Positions 17,146 to 27,454 of a DNA stretch of 64,000 nt are shown here, piece after piece. Under the pieces are notes generated by a model. The model saw only the letters and a list, made by a program, of their open reading frames with translations. It did not search any database and was not told the DNA's origin. The position numbers and the translations under genes are program-made. Location: the NCBI GenBank assembly GCA_934255455.1, contig CAKQNS010000002.1, forward strand, positions 11,007 to 75,006. The letters run 5' to 3'. This DNA is from an uncultured Alphaproteobacteria bacterium. GTDB lineage: Bacteria > Pseudomonadota > Alphaproteobacteria > Rs-D84. The stretch's first letter is position 1. Every line of letters begins with the position of its first letter.

Positions 17146-17715
17146 TTATTTGGCGCGTTCAACATATTCCAGGGTTTCGGTGTTGACCACGATTTTTTCG
17201 CCGGCTTCGACAAACAATGGAACCTGGACGCGAATACCGTTATCCAAAACGGCCGGTTTGCCGCCACTGCTGGATGCGGTTTGGCCCTTTAACGCTGGTT
17301 CGGTTTCTTCGACAGTTGCGATAACTGTTTTTGGCAACGAGATAGATACTGGTTTACCCTCGACAAAATTCGCCTTTACATTCATTTCTGGGGCCAAGAA
17401 TTTCATTTGTTCGCCCAATGATTCAACCGGCATTGTGAATTGTTCATAATCAGACAGGTTCATAAAGAACGCATCCGTACCATCAGAATACAGATATTGG
17501 CATTCAAAATCTTCGACCATCAGTTTTTCAACCTTGTCTTCGGCACGCCAACGATCGCCGCCCTTGTTGCCAGAATCAATATCACGCAGGTCTGCCTGGA
17601 CGAACGCACCGCCCTTGCCCGGTTTTACCTTGGTAATAGATGTTACAGAATAACGACGGCCATTGTGCGAAATCACCAAACCGACGCGCATATCATTTGC
17701 AATATATGATGCCAT
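17146..17715 (-). CDS. efp: Elongation factor P
   Basis: MASYIANDMRVGLVISHNGRRYSVTSITKVKPGKGGAFVQADLRDI… has the EF-P KOW/OB layout with the conserved KPGKG loop. ATG 17715 with RBS AAGAGG. Confidence 0.9.
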   Translation of the reverse strand: MASYIANDMRVGLVISHNGRRYSVTSITKVKPGKGGAFVQADLRDIDSGNKGGDRWRAEDKVEKLMVEDFECQYLYSDGTDAFFMNLSDYEQFTMPVESLGEQMKFLAPEMNVKANFVEGKPVSISLPKTVIATVEETEPALKGQTASSSGGKPAVLDNGIRVQVPLFVEAGEKIVVNTETLEYVERAK

Positions 17716-17780
17716 TGTTTTTACCTCTTTGATTTTTAGTGTTTGGATTATAAAAACGCAACCGCCGCTATGCAAGAAAT

Positions 17781-18323
17781 TTATTGCGCCGTGCGTTTAT
17801 GTGCCCAATACCGGTCGATGCTTTCCATAATCAATTGGTCCGCCGCATCGCGATTGGCCCAACCCTTTATTTTCGACCAAGAATTAGGTTGCAAATCCTT
17901 GTAATGGCGAAAGAAATATTCGATTTTAGACCGCAATATTTCCGGTAATTGTTCCACATAGTTCGTGTTTGTATAAAACGGATCGATTTTATCCAATGGT
18001 ACGCAGATAATTTTCTCGTCCCCGCCGGCCTGGTCTTCCATAATCAATGCACCGATGGGTCGAACCTCGATCAAAACGCCGGGACGCAGTGGCGCATTAC
18101 ACACAACCACACAATCCAATGGGTCACCATCATCCCCCAATGTACCCGGGAAATATCCATAGTTCGCCGGATATGCCATCGGCGCGTGCAAAATACGATC
18201 CACCCGCAACAGACCCGATTCCTTGTTTATTTCATATTTAACAACACCATTTTCAGGAATTTCAATAATTGCATTCATTTGCTTTGGCGGCATTTTGCCA
18301 GGCGCGATTTCTTCAATATTCAT
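17781..18323 (-). CDS. ppa: Inorganic pyrophosphatase (family I)
   Basis: …NAIIEIP…KYE…DRIL…YPANYGYFPGTLGDDGDPLDCVVV… family I PPase signature DGDPLD. ATG 18323 with AAGGAAA RBS. Confidence 0.9.
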   Translation of the reverse strand: MNIEEIAPGKMPPKQMNAIIEIPENGVVKYEINKESGLLRVDRILHAPMAYPANYGYFPGTLGDDGDPLDCVVVCNAPLRPGVLIEVRPIGALIMEDQAGGDEKIICVPLDKIDPFYTNTNYVEQLPEILRSKIEYFFRHYKDLQPNSWSKIKGWANRDAADQLIMESIDRYWAHKRTAQ

Positions 18324-18422
18324 AATATGTTTCCTTTGATTACCCAAATGATACTATCAGAAAAACACCGCGTTGCAACAATGTTCATAAAAAAAATCCC
18401 GCAAATGCGGGATTTTTTTATT

Positions 18423-19541
18423 TTACATGCGCATCGGCATCAATATAAACAATGCGTCGGTGTCCTTGTCCGTCGATTTAATAATCGTTGGCGACAACGG
18501 ATCCTGCATTTCCATCTGGAATTTTTCACCTTCAACCTGGCCGGCAACATCCATCAAGAATTTCACATTAAATGTGACCGTAAACGATGCATCACCATTG
18601 TATTCAATGTCCAATTCCTGGGTTGCGGTACCGGCATCTGGGCTGGACGCATTCACAACCAATTTGTTCATTGAATATGTCAATTGCACAGATTTTGTTT
18701 TATCCATACTGGCAACAGACACCAAATCGACCGCGTTCAAGAACTGTTTTCTGTCCAGAACGGCAATTTTATCGTTGCCCTTTGGAATTACAACACGATA
18801 GTTCGGATATTGCGCATCAACCAGTTTGCTGGTCAAAATTGCCGAACCAACTGTGAAACGCGCCTTGGTATCGGACAATTCAACCGTCACATCATCAACA
18901 GTTGCATCTTCCAATAATTTGGACAATTCACCAATCACGCGACGCGGCAAAATAACCGCCGGCATTTCTGCACTGCCCGCGGGGGCCGGCATTGCACACA
19001 GCGCCATACGCTGGGCATCGGTGGCAACCGCGGTCAACATTTTTTCTTTGCCTTCGTCCGCAATGTGGAAATAAATACCACCCAAATGATAGCGAACATC
19101 GTCGGTTGGAATTGCAAATTTGGTTTGGTTTATCAAATGCGCCAAATCGCCAGTTGTCATCTGGAATTTTGTGGTCAGATTGCTGCCCGCCATGGCCGGG
19201 AAATTTTCCGCCGGCAATGTTGGCAAACGGAATACGGCGCGCCCACTGGACACAACCAATTGGTCACCCGATTGTTTGAAAGTAATTTCGGCATCATCCG
19301 GCAATTTACGAACAATATCATACAACATCTGGACCGGAACAGTTGTTTTTCCACCCAATGTAATATCGGCCGCAACATGTTCAACCAATTCCAAATCAAC
19401 ATTTGTCGCAGACAGGATTAAATCATCTGCAACCTCTAACTTTACATTCATCAATATCGGCAGTGTTGCGCGCTTTTCCACAATTGATTGCATGTGGCCC
19501 AATGCACGAATTAAAACCTGACGAAATACTGAAAATTCCAT
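18423..19541 (-). CDS. dnaN: DNA polymerase III beta sliding clamp
   Basis: 372 aa. N-terminus …ALGHMQSIVEKRATLPILMNVKLEV… aligns with DnaN along its length. RBS AGGAG. Confidence 0.9.
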   Translation of the reverse strand: MEFSVFRQVLIRALGHMQSIVEKRATLPILMNVKLEVADDLILSATNVDLELVEHVAADITLGGKTTVPVQMLYDIVRKLPDDAEITFKQSGDQLVVSSGRAVFRLPTLPAENFPAMAGSNLTTKFQMTTGDLAHLINQTKFAIPTDDVRYHLGGIYFHIADEGKEKMLTAVATDAQRMALCAMPAPAGSAEMPAVILPRRVIGELSKLLEDATVDDVTVELSDTKARFTVGSAILTSKLVDAQYPNYRVVIPKGNDKIAVLDRKQFLNAVDLVSVASMDKTKSVQLTYSMNKLVVNASSPDAGTATQELDIEYNGDASFTVTFNVKFLMDVAGQVEGEKFQMEMQDPLSPTIIKSTDKDTDALFILMPMRM

Positions 19542-19702
19542 AACACGCTCCTAGTATCTATATGTGTTCCCACATTCTTTTGTTCGATTTTACCAAAAAA
19601 TGCCGATTCGGTGCAAGGGGAAAACAAAGCCCGTACAATCGGTTTGTTATTTGCGGATAATTGCTTTTTGTCAAAAACAAAAACGCCCCAAACGGGGCGA
19701 TT

Positions 19703-20461
19703 TTACTTTGCCAGAACTTTGGACAATTTGGTTCGCAATTTTTTTATATCGTCGTACTTTGTAAATTTTCCCTTTTCGGCAATTGATATGTCACCACTTT
19801 CTTCGGATACCACCAAAACGGTCGCACTGGATAATTCCGACAACCCCAGCGCCGCACGGTGACGTGTACCATATTTCCAATTCAGATTATTTTGCGACAA
19901 TGGCAAAATTGCACCAGCATACGCAATACGATTTCGGTCTATTATTACCGCTCCATCATGCAATGGCGTTTTGTTAAAGAATATGGTCAACAACAATTCA
20001 CTGGTAATAACGGCATCTATGCGAACGCCCTTCTTTTCAATGACGCTTTCGTCCAATGTTGACGGAAACACAATCAACGCACCGGTATGTTTTGCCGACA
20101 TATATTCAACCGCACTGCAAATTGCATCCAATCCGCGGGTATCTTGGGCGCTGGCATCACCAAGATGAAATATGCGGGACCAGCCTTCGATATTTCCCAT
20201 CAACGCCATAAATTTTCGCAATTCTGGTTGGAATATAACAATCAAGCCCAATGACAAGAACAATGCCGTCCAATGCAAAAACGCCCCCAGTAAATCCAGA
20301 TGCGCCCACGACAAAATAAAACTGAGTATCCACAGCGCCGCCAGCCCAAACAACCCACGCACCAATTTTTCAGACGATGTGTTGCGAATAAAACCGCGGT
20401 AAAATAACCATACAATCGCCGCGATAATAATAACCTGAATAAAACCCAACCAATTAAACAT
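19703..20461 (-). CDS. cdaA: Diadenylate cyclase CdaA (c-di-AMP synthase), membrane-anchored
   Basis: Three N-terminal TM helices then a DAC domain with both catalytic motifs: HDGAVIIDRNRI and GTRHRAALGLSE…VLVVSEESG. Confidence 0.85.
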   Translation of the reverse strand: MFNWLGFIQVIIIAAIVWLFYRGFIRNTSSEKLVRGLFGLAALWILSFILSWAHLDLLGAFLHWTALFLSLGLIVIFQPELRKFMALMGNIEGWSRIFHLGDASAQDTRGLDAICSAVEYMSAKHTGALIVFPSTLDESVIEKKGVRIDAVITSELLLTIFFNKTPLHDGAVIIDRNRIAYAGAILPLSQNNLNWKYGTRHRAALGLSELSSATVLVVSEESGDISIAEKGKFTKYDDIKKLRTKLSKVLAK

Positions 20462-20464
20462 TTT

Positions 20465-22558
20465 TTATTTTTCCCCCTGTGTTTGTTTTGACATAATTGT
20501 TTGTTGTAATTCTGGTATCGGCAAATTCATCCATTCTGGGTCGTTGCGCATATCTGGCGCACCGCGTTCCATGGCGGTTTCGCACGGATGATCATCCGCC
20601 AGCCAATTTTCCAACAAATCCCCAGCCAGTAAACCAACGCCCGCCCCCGCGACCAAACCGATACCACCGGTAAATGGCGCCAACAACAATCCCAAACCGG
20701 TTGCTGATGCAACCTTGCCCGCGACGGCCGCACCACTGATGCGGACATCTGGCTCGGACAAATTGCCACTGATTTCTATGGAATTTACAACATTTCCGGT
20801 CAACGATAATTTCAGTCCACGCACCGGAACCGTGGTCAATGCCATTTTCATATTTTCGCCCCCCAAATTCAAATTACCTGCCAGGCGCAAATTGATAACA
20901 TTTGTTTCAACCGCAACGCCATTTTGCGTTTCGGCAACGCCATCGCGCAATTTAGTATTCAGGGCCACGCATTTAATCGTAAAACCGTTGTACTTTTTTT
21001 CGCTACGCAACGAATCTTCTATTGCGTGCCGCACCGATGTAAGAAAATCTGTTCCGTACATATATGACATCAATGCCGAATGCGCATACCCCGTGCCCGA
21101 TGATTTAATCTGGACCGGGCCGGTAATAGTCGACATCATTTCCGACAAATTGGTTCCATTGCCCTGAATATATAAATCTATGTTCGTGGGCAGCCCAGAT
21201 ATAAAATCAGATTCCCAAACCTCGTTCAATATTTGACCAATCAATATATCACGTCCAGTTGCCGCCACGGTCGCAAATATGCGTCCATCGGCATCAATGT
21301 CGCCATCGGCACCAATTTGAATATTGCCACCACCAATTGTGGCCCCCATATCAATTCGCACCACGCGGTTTTGCACTTTTGCGGTCAAATCAATTTGCCC
21401 AATTGTCAAATCACGATAAACAATCAGTTTGCCAATCTTGGCCCGAACGGTGCCATTAAATCCGCCGATTTCACGTCCAAACAGCGGGATATCATGAAAC
21501 GCGTTTAATTCACGATCGGGGTGCGTCCAATTGCCATCATATACATCGGGGAATATCTGAATCAGATTTAACGATTTTGATTCAACATTCGCATTCAATT
21601 GTGGTGTCGCCCGCGACCAATCAAATGCACCCGATATGGTCAATTCGTTCCCACGCACCACAATTGACGATTTGCGCAATGTCAGTTTTGAATGATCCAA
21701 CCCGCCCGCAATGTTCACCTGCATCTTTGGCACTTTGTGCAAGTCCAATTTCAGCAAACGCCCCACTGCACGAATGTCTGGAATGTCACCCTTGATTATA
21801 AAATCAATTGGCATACGGCTTTGGCCTTCAAGTGCGATATTTGCAATCAATGCATTTCCACCCGATGAAAAAGCAATACGCATTGGGTATACACGGCGTT
21901 CGGCGTTATATTCCGAATATGTAATTATAAATGGAAATACATCATCACCATTTTTTATCCACCCAGCGTATTCACGCGAATCTGATTTCGGAACATACCG
22001 CAATTGAAACCCAGACAATGAATATGATTCATCAAAAATATGTGCGACCAGGTTTCGAACCTCTACCCCGCCCAAGCCAGGATCTGTAAATGGGTATTTT
22101 GACTGTACAGTTTTTGTCCCATCATCTGAGGCGGTATTATCAGCCAACGCCGACACAATAGAATATGCACCATCGGCGTTTTTTTCCAGGCATACCGTCG
22201 CATCATACACCTTGATGTTTTGAATTGTTGGGCGCGATTGAAACAGTGAAAACAAATTCAATGTGACATCTATTTTTTCGGCACTGAATGCATATTTATG
22301 TTTTGCCCAATCGGCATTCGGAACGCGCACCTGGTTTAATTCAATCCGCGGACGCAGCGAAAATTTCCACGACACGGCACCATCTATTTCAACCGGCATA
22401 CCAGTCGCATTTTGTAATATCGACAAAATGTTGCCACGCAGTGTTTCCAAATTTACCTGGGATAACGCAATTACAAACGCCACAACCATACCGACGATAA
22501 ACAGCATGACTATGCGCATAATTGTCAGAAAAGATTTATTTCGTTTCCGTGTGACCAA
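20465..22558 (-). CDS. AsmA-family outer-membrane assembly protein
   Basis: 697 aa. N-terminal TM anchor then a long predicted beta-rich periplasmic domain. AsmA/DUF3971-like size and organisation. Confidence 0.5.
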   Translation of the reverse strand: MVTRKRNKSFLTIMRIVMLFIVGMVVAFVIALSQVNLETLRGNILSILQNATGMPVEIDGAVSWKFSLRPRIELNQVRVPNADWAKHKYAFSAEKIDVTLNLFSLFQSRPTIQNIKVYDATVCLEKNADGAYSIVSALADNTASDDGTKTVQSKYPFTDPGLGGVEVRNLVAHIFDESYSLSGFQLRYVPKSDSREYAGWIKNGDDVFPFIITYSEYNAERRVYPMRIAFSSGGNALIANIALEGQSRMPIDFIIKGDIPDIRAVGRLLKLDLHKVPKMQVNIAGGLDHSKLTLRKSSIVVRGNELTISGAFDWSRATPQLNANVESKSLNLIQIFPDVYDGNWTHPDRELNAFHDIPLFGREIGGFNGTVRAKIGKLIVYRDLTIGQIDLTAKVQNRVVRIDMGATIGGGNIQIGADGDIDADGRIFATVAATGRDILIGQILNEVWESDFISGLPTNIDLYIQGNGTNLSEMMSTITGPVQIKSSGTGYAHSALMSYMYGTDFLTSVRHAIEDSLRSEKKYNGFTIKCVALNTKLRDGVAETQNGVAVETNVINLRLAGNLNLGGENMKMALTTVPVRGLKLSLTGNVVNSIEISGNLSEPDVRISGAAVAGKVASATGLGLLLAPFTGGIGLVAGAGVGLLAGDLLENWLADDHPCETAMERGAPDMRNDPEWMNLPIPELQQTIMSKQTQGEK

Positions 22559-22560
22559 TT

Positions 22561-23541
22561 TTACTTTCCCTGTGGTAAATGGAATTCAAAAAATTCCATA
22601 ACCGGCGTCATAAATGCCGGTGGTGTGGCGCGAAAAGTCATTATGCGCCCCGTTGTCGGGTGCTGAAAAGTCAACTGGTACGCCAACAAGAACAAATTGT
22701 TGGTTGCAATCACACCGCCCAGCGCATTGTCAATATGCCGCCCCGCCCCATATAACGCATCACCAACGATTGGTGCATTCAAAACGCATGCGCTGTGCAC
22801 ACGCAATTGGTGTGTACGGCCGGTTTTCGGCGAAAACAAAACCCATGACAAATGATCGCCAGCATTTGCCAAAACACGATATTCCGTAATTGCACGTTGG
22901 GGGCGTTGACCGGCACCATTATTTACGCGCGCTGGACTGTCAAACACCTGGCCTTTGATCATATAGTCATCAATGATTCCATGCGACGGTTTAACATCAC
23001 CGTTTAACAATGCCAGATATTCTTTGTGCGCGGTTTTTGCCTGGAACGCGGTTGCCAAACTTTGCGCCGCACGCATATTTTTTGCAACGACCAACAAACC
23101 AGATGTTTCGCGGTCCAACCGATGCACCAATGAAATTTTGTCATACGGAAACAACGCCGCCGCCATTTTATCCACAGATTTACGAATGCCCGTGCCACCC
23201 TGGACCGCCAATCCAGCCGGTTTATTAAACACCACGATATCGTCATCATTGTGAATGATACACCTGCGCAAATCTTCCAAATCAGTTAAAGAAAATACGA
23301 CACCACTCTCAGTCTTTTTGGTGCGTTGTTCGGCATATCCGGCAATTGTGGGCGGCACACGCACCACATCACCCGCCAGTAATATCTCGGTCCCGCGCAC
23401 GCGACGTGAATTCACACGAATTTGCCCCCCACGACACAATTTGTAAAATTCGCGCTGTGGCATTGATGGAAAATGCCGCAAGAACCAGCGCAACAAACGT
23501 GTGCCCTCTTCGGTCTGTGGAACTGTGATGAATTCAGCCAT
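22561..23541 (-). CDS. RluA-family 23S rRNA pseudouridine synthase (RluC/RluD-like)
   Basis: S4-like N-terminus then catalytic motif HRLDRETSGLLVVAKN. Confidence 0.8.
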   Translation of the reverse strand: MAEFITVPQTEEGTRLLRWFLRHFPSMPQREFYKLCRGGQIRVNSRRVRGTEILLAGDVVRVPPTIAGYAEQRTKKTESGVVFSLTDLEDLRRCIIHNDDDIVVFNKPAGLAVQGGTGIRKSVDKMAAALFPYDKISLVHRLDRETSGLLVVAKNMRAAQSLATAFQAKTAHKEYLALLNGDVKPSHGIIDDYMIKGQVFDSPARVNNGAGQRPQRAITEYRVLANAGDHLSWVLFSPKTGRTHQLRVHSACVLNAPIVGDALYGAGRHIDNALGGVIATNNLFLLAYQLTFQHPTTGRIMTFRATPPAFMTPVMEFFEFHLPQGK

Positions 23542-23558
23542 TGCAATACCCGTATATA

Positions 23559-24023
23559 TTATTCGCCGTATATTATTTCAACGGTATTGTTGTTTGCGCC
23601 ATTTTTACAATTTCCCGTGGCCCCACTGTTTTTACCATTGGAATTTGTATATCCAATCGAATCAGACCAGGCCTTGGTAGCAAAATATTCACAATCAGAT
23701 TGCGCCAGCCCAGAAATAGTCACAACAAATTGGCGCGAATTAGATGGATCAACCGCCAACGCGTATGTCCCACCATACGGGTTTTGATTTGTCATACCAA
23801 TTACATTAAATATGGTGCTGTTGTTTATATGTGAATAATCGTCATATTCGCCCAGCAGTGTGCGAACCTGGGTCACCATTTGAATGACCTCGTCATTGAC
23901 AGCATTGCGCTTTTGCGTGCGCATGGCGGTTGAAATCATTCCAATCGCCCCAACAGTTATCACTCCCATGATGGCCAAAACACCCAACATTTCAATCATG
24001 GAACGCCCTGATTCTTGTCTCAT
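23559..24023 (-). CDS. Type IVb pilin (TcpA/BfpA/PilS-like major pilin)
   Basis: Class III signal MRQESG|RSMIEMLGVLAIMGVITVGAIG… with Glu at +5. N-terminal helix closely resembles TcpA (…VLGIMGVVSAGVV…AQRAIDSQN…). C-terminal Cys pair (SDCEYF…TGNCKNG) fits a D-region disulfide. Confidence 0.7.
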   Translation of the reverse strand: MRQESGRSMIEMLGVLAIMGVITVGAIGMISTAMRTQKRNAVNDEVIQMVTQVRTLLGEYDDYSHINNSTIFNVIGMTNQNPYGGTYALAVDPSNSRQFVVTISGLAQSDCEYFATKAWSDSIGYTNSNGKNSGATGNCKNGANNNTVEIIYGE

Positions 24024-24072
24024 AATATATCTCCCATTTGCTATTTGTTTTTTTTATTCTATCATATTTGAT

Positions 24073-25494
24073 ATGGATGTTCAATTTTCTGATTTAATCG
24101 CAAACAGCCCAAATGCCCCCGGGGTCTATAAAATGTACGACGCCGATGGCGCATTATTGTATGTGGGCAAGGCAAAAAACCTGTCAAACCGGCTGAAACA
24201 ATATGTGGACACATCCAAATTGGAATTGCATAAACAGGTTATGCGCAGTCTGGTCGCGCGCGTTGATTGGGAAACCGTTCCCACCGAATCGGACGCGTTA
24301 TTGCGCGAACAGGAATTGATTAAAACCCTGCGTCCCAAATATAATATTATGTTGACCGATGGGAAAATGTACCCAATGTTGGCATTGACCAATTCGGAAT
24401 ATCCGCGCCTGTTAAAATTTCGCGGTAAAATTTCCCAGCGGCGCGATGTATATGGCCCATATCCGTCGGTTGGCGCATTGAACGAAACTATTAAAACAAT
24501 TCAAAAAGTATGCCAGATTCGCACATGCAACGATACATTTATGCGCAATCGCGCGCGCCCATGCTTATTACACCAAATTGGCCGATGCAGCGCACCATGT
24601 GTATTACCCCAAACAGATTACGACGCACGCGTCGGCTTGGCGCGCCGAATCTTGACTGGGGACAGCGAACCAATCATTGCTGAATTAACACAACAAATGC
24701 AAAAATTTTCATCGGAAATGGATTTTGAATCGGCGGCGGCGGTGCGCGATAAAATCGCCGAATTAACGCATACATCAAATCGCGGTATGCGGCGTGAACG
24801 TGCACATAGCGCGAATTTTGATTGGGAAAATTCTGTCAATGATTTGGAACAATTTTCCGGTGTAAAAATACAGATAGTTGGTGTATTTGACAATTCACAT
24901 TTGTTTGGCCGCAGTCCCGTTGGTGCGATGATAACATTTGGTCACAATGGTTTCATAAAAAATGGATACCGCCATTTCAAATTACGCAATGCAGCCGCCG
25001 CCGGAAACGATATTGCAATGATGGCCGAATTTGTAACCCGCGCGACCGAAAAAAATAAACTGGATATGATTATTGTTGATGGCGGTATGGCGCAATGGCG
25101 CATTGCACACCGCGTTGCACCCAACATTCCGATTTTGGGTGTCACCAAGGGCGAGGTTCGCAACGGCGACGAACACTTTATTATGCCTGATGGCACCATC
25201 AACCGCGATGTCCCCAAGGATTCACGATTGTTTTTATTGTTGCGTGCCGTCCGGGACGAGGCACATCGTTTCGTCATAACATATCACCGCACCGTTCGCG
25301 CAAAGACAATGACATCATCGGTACTGGATGATATTGAAGATATCGGTCCAAAACGCAAACACGCCCTGCTGACACATTTCGGTGCAGTTCGTGAAATTGC
25401 CGATGCCGATATGGCCGCATTGTTGCGCGTTCCGGGGCTGGGGCGCAGTGCCGCCGAAAAAATTTATGCCTATTTCCATTCTGGGGTGGTATAA
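24073..25494 (+). CDS. uvrC: Excinuclease ABC subunit C (compact form)
   Basis: GIY-YIG motif GVYKMYDADGALLYVGKAKNLSNRLKQY. Cys cluster. UvrB-interaction region (FESAAAVRDKIAEL). C-terminal HhH (LLRVPGLGRSAAEKI). 473 aa from ATG 24073, shorter than the ~600-aa norm. Confidence 0.8.
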   Translation: MDVQFSDLIANSPNAPGVYKMYDADGALLYVGKAKNLSNRLKQYVDTSKLELHKQVMRSLVARVDWETVPTESDALLREQELIKTLRPKYNIMLTDGKMYPMLALTNSEYPRLLKFRGKISQRRDVYGPYPSVGALNETIKTIQKVCQIRTCNDTFMRNRARPCLLHQIGRCSAPCVLPQTDYDARVGLARRILTGDSEPIIAELTQQMQKFSSEMDFESAAAVRDKIAELTHTSNRGMRRERAHSANFDWENSVNDLEQFSGVKIQIVGVFDNSHLFGRSPVGAMITFGHNGFIKNGYRHFKLRNAAAAGNDIAMMAEFVTRATEKNKLDMIIVDGGMAQWRIAHRVAPNIPILGVTKGEVRNGDEHFIMPDGTINRDVPKDSRLFLLLRAVRDEAHRFVITYHRTVRAKTMTSSVLDDIEDIGPKRKHALLTHFGAVREIADADMAALLRVPGLGRSAAEKIYAYFHSGVV

Positions 25495-25521
25495 TGTGCA
25501 TACAAGCAAAGGAGAAATAAT

Positions 25522-26121
25522 ATGAAATTTTTTGTAAACTTTTTATCCGCGTTCCGTATCGCATCGGCGTTTGTTGTCGTGTTGACAATGTTGTATGGAT
25601 GGCCATGGGTCACATTTGTATTGTTTGCATTGGCGGCGGCATCTGATTGGTTTGATGGATATTTGGCGCGTAAATATAATGTATGCACAAAATTGGGCGG
25701 CGTAATGGACCACATTGGCGACAAATTGTTGGTATGCAACACATTGATTATGTTGGCCGTTATGATGCGCGTGTGGTTTGTAATCATCCCTGTAATTTTG
25801 ATGATTGCGCGCGAATTGTATATCAGCGGTCTGCGCGAATTTCTGGGCACCCAGAAAATTGAAATGCCGGTTCCCAAGGCGCGTTTTTCAATGGGTAAAA
25901 TCAAAACAACATTTCAAATGATTACCATCGTTGCGTTTCTGGGACTGTATGTTATCGGCGCATCCATCACCCCCGAAACAGACAGTCGTTTCATTATGTT
26001 CTTGTTGAATGTATTGCCGGCTATTGGTTTATATGGTTTGTGGATTTCACTGTTTGCATCCCTGTTCAGTGCCGCACAATACACCCGCACATTTATACAA
26101 AAATTAAAGCAAATTAAATAG
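25522..26121 (+). CDS. pgsA: CDP-diacylglycerol--glycerol-3-phosphate 3-phosphatidyltransferase
   Basis: CDP-alcohol phosphatidyltransferase signature DWFDGYLARKYNVCTKLGGVMDHIGDKLLV. Confidence 0.85.
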   Translation: MKFFVNFLSAFRIASAFVVVLTMLYGWPWVTFVLFALAAASDWFDGYLARKYNVCTKLGGVMDHIGDKLLVCNTLIMLAVMMRVWFVIIPVILMIARELYISGLREFLGTQKIEMPVPKARFSMGKIKTTFQMITIVAFLGLYVIGASITPETDSRFIMFLLNVLPAIGLYGLWISLFASLFSAAQYTRTFIQKLKQIK

Positions 26122-26129
26122 TAAAATAC

Positions 26130-26152
26130 CGGCAAAATTTGCCGGTATTTTT
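26130..26152 (+). terminator. Intrinsic terminator of pgsA (ccggcaaaatttgccgg plus T-run)
   Basis: Perfect hairpin followed by ttttttt. Confidence 0.7.
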
Positions 26153-26166
26153 TTACTGCAAAAAAA

Positions 26167-26200
26167 CGCACTATGTGCACTGTTTCCTGCACATAGCGCG
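26167..26200. repeat. Full palindromic copy of the GCGCTATGTGCA motif family (cgcactatgtgcactgtttcctgcacatagcgcg), also acting as the dnaJ terminator
   Basis: 13-bp arms around an 8-nt loop. Half-site copies at 43277, 52105 and 54403. Confidence 0.6.
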
Positions 26201-26204
26201 ATTT

Positions 26205-27338
26205 TTAAAACCATCCTTTTTTTGCGCTTTTTGTTTCGGCAAATTCGGTCAAAATCTTTTTCTGTTTTTCGGTCAATTTTGTTGGAATTGAAATTGCAAC
26301 ATCAATATACAAATCGCCAAAACTGCCCGTGCGACGCGTCGGCATACCGTGCCCACGAACGCGCAACTTTTCACCAACCTGGGTACCGGACGGAACCTTG
26401 ACCGACAATTTTTTATCATCAATGGTGTCTACCTCAATTTCGCCACCCAACGCCAATGTCGTAAATGGAATTTCCGTACGCGACACCAAATCATCGCCAA
26501 CGCGTTTGAAACGCGCATCGGGTGCAATATGAATATCCAAATAGAAATCGCCCGGCGTGCCACCATTCGGTGCCGCCTCGCCCTGGCCCGCCAGACGCAG
26601 ACGCGCGCCATCTTCGATGCCGGCCGGAATTTTCACATCCAGCGTCCGCGATTTATGCACCGTGCCCGTGCCATCACAAGCCGTGCACTTTTTATCAATT
26701 TTATGTCCCAGGCCACCACAATCGGGACACGGCGTTTCCATTGCGAAAAATCCCTGGCGTGTGTGGACATAACCCGACCCACCACATGTTTTGCATACGG
26801 GCGCTGGTTTTCCATCGGCGGTGCCATTGCCACCACATTTTTCACATGTAACATTACTGGAAAATTTAACAGTATGTGTTGTGCCAAAATATGCATCACG
26901 CAAGGAAATTGTCACATCATCTAACAAATCGCGACCACGATTTTGTTGTGCGCCACGCGCCGCACCGCCACCAAAATCACCAAATCCGAAACCACGCATT
27001 GCCTCGCGCAAGATGTCGTCCATACCGGCGCCGCCCCCCATATCAAAATGGAATGCGCCATTACCAAACGGATTGCCGCCACCAAACCCCGCACCCGCTG
27101 ATGCACCGTTGCCGCCGGCAAACGCCGCATCGCCAAAACGGTCATACGCCGCACGTTTTTGTGGATCTTTCAGAATATCAAACGCGTTGTTGACCTCTTT
27201 GAATTTTTCTTCGGCAGATTTATCGCCCGGATTTTTATCCGGATGATATTGCATCACCAATTTATGGTATGCCTTTTTAATATCGGTGTCCGACGCATCA
27301 CGCGCGACCCCCAAAACTTCGTACGGATTTTTGTTCAT
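26205..27338 (-). CDS. dnaJ: Chaperone DnaJ
   Basis: J-domain with HPD (MQYHPDKNPGD), G/F-rich linker, four CxxCxGxG zinc-finger repeats (CEKCGGNG, CKTCGGSG, CPDCGGLG, CTACDGTG), C-terminal domains. No dnaK adjacent. Confidence 0.9.
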   Translation of the reverse strand: MNKNPYEVLGVARDASDTDIKKAYHKLVMQYHPDKNPGDKSAEEKFKEVNNAFDILKDPQKRAAYDRFGDAAFAGGNGASAGAGFGGGNPFGNGAFHFDMGGGAGMDDILREAMRGFGFGDFGGGAARGAQQNRGRDLLDDVTISLRDAYFGTTHTVKFSSNVTCEKCGGNGTADGKPAPVCKTCGGSGYVHTRQGFFAMETPCPDCGGLGHKIDKKCTACDGTGTVHKSRTLDVKIPAGIEDGARLRLAGQGEAAPNGGTPGDFYLDIHIAPDARFKRVGDDLVSRTEIPFTTLALGGEIEVDTIDDKKLSVKVPSGTQVGEKLRVRGHGMPTRRTGSFGDLYIDVAISIPTKLTEKQKKILTEFAETKSAKKGWF

Positions 27339-27454
27339 AATTTCAGGCCTGTTATTTCTTGATGTTGAATATATAGACCGATTAGATAAAAAATCAAGCC
27401 CCGAAAACTGTTTCACTTGCGAAAAATGAAATTTTGCGCTAATAATATGATGCT

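Noticed and set aside
17949-19521. Plus-strand ORFs (17949-18674, 19065-19421, 19120-19521) antisense to ppa and dnaN
   Set aside because: They are antisense to strongly supported housekeeping genes and have no motifs.
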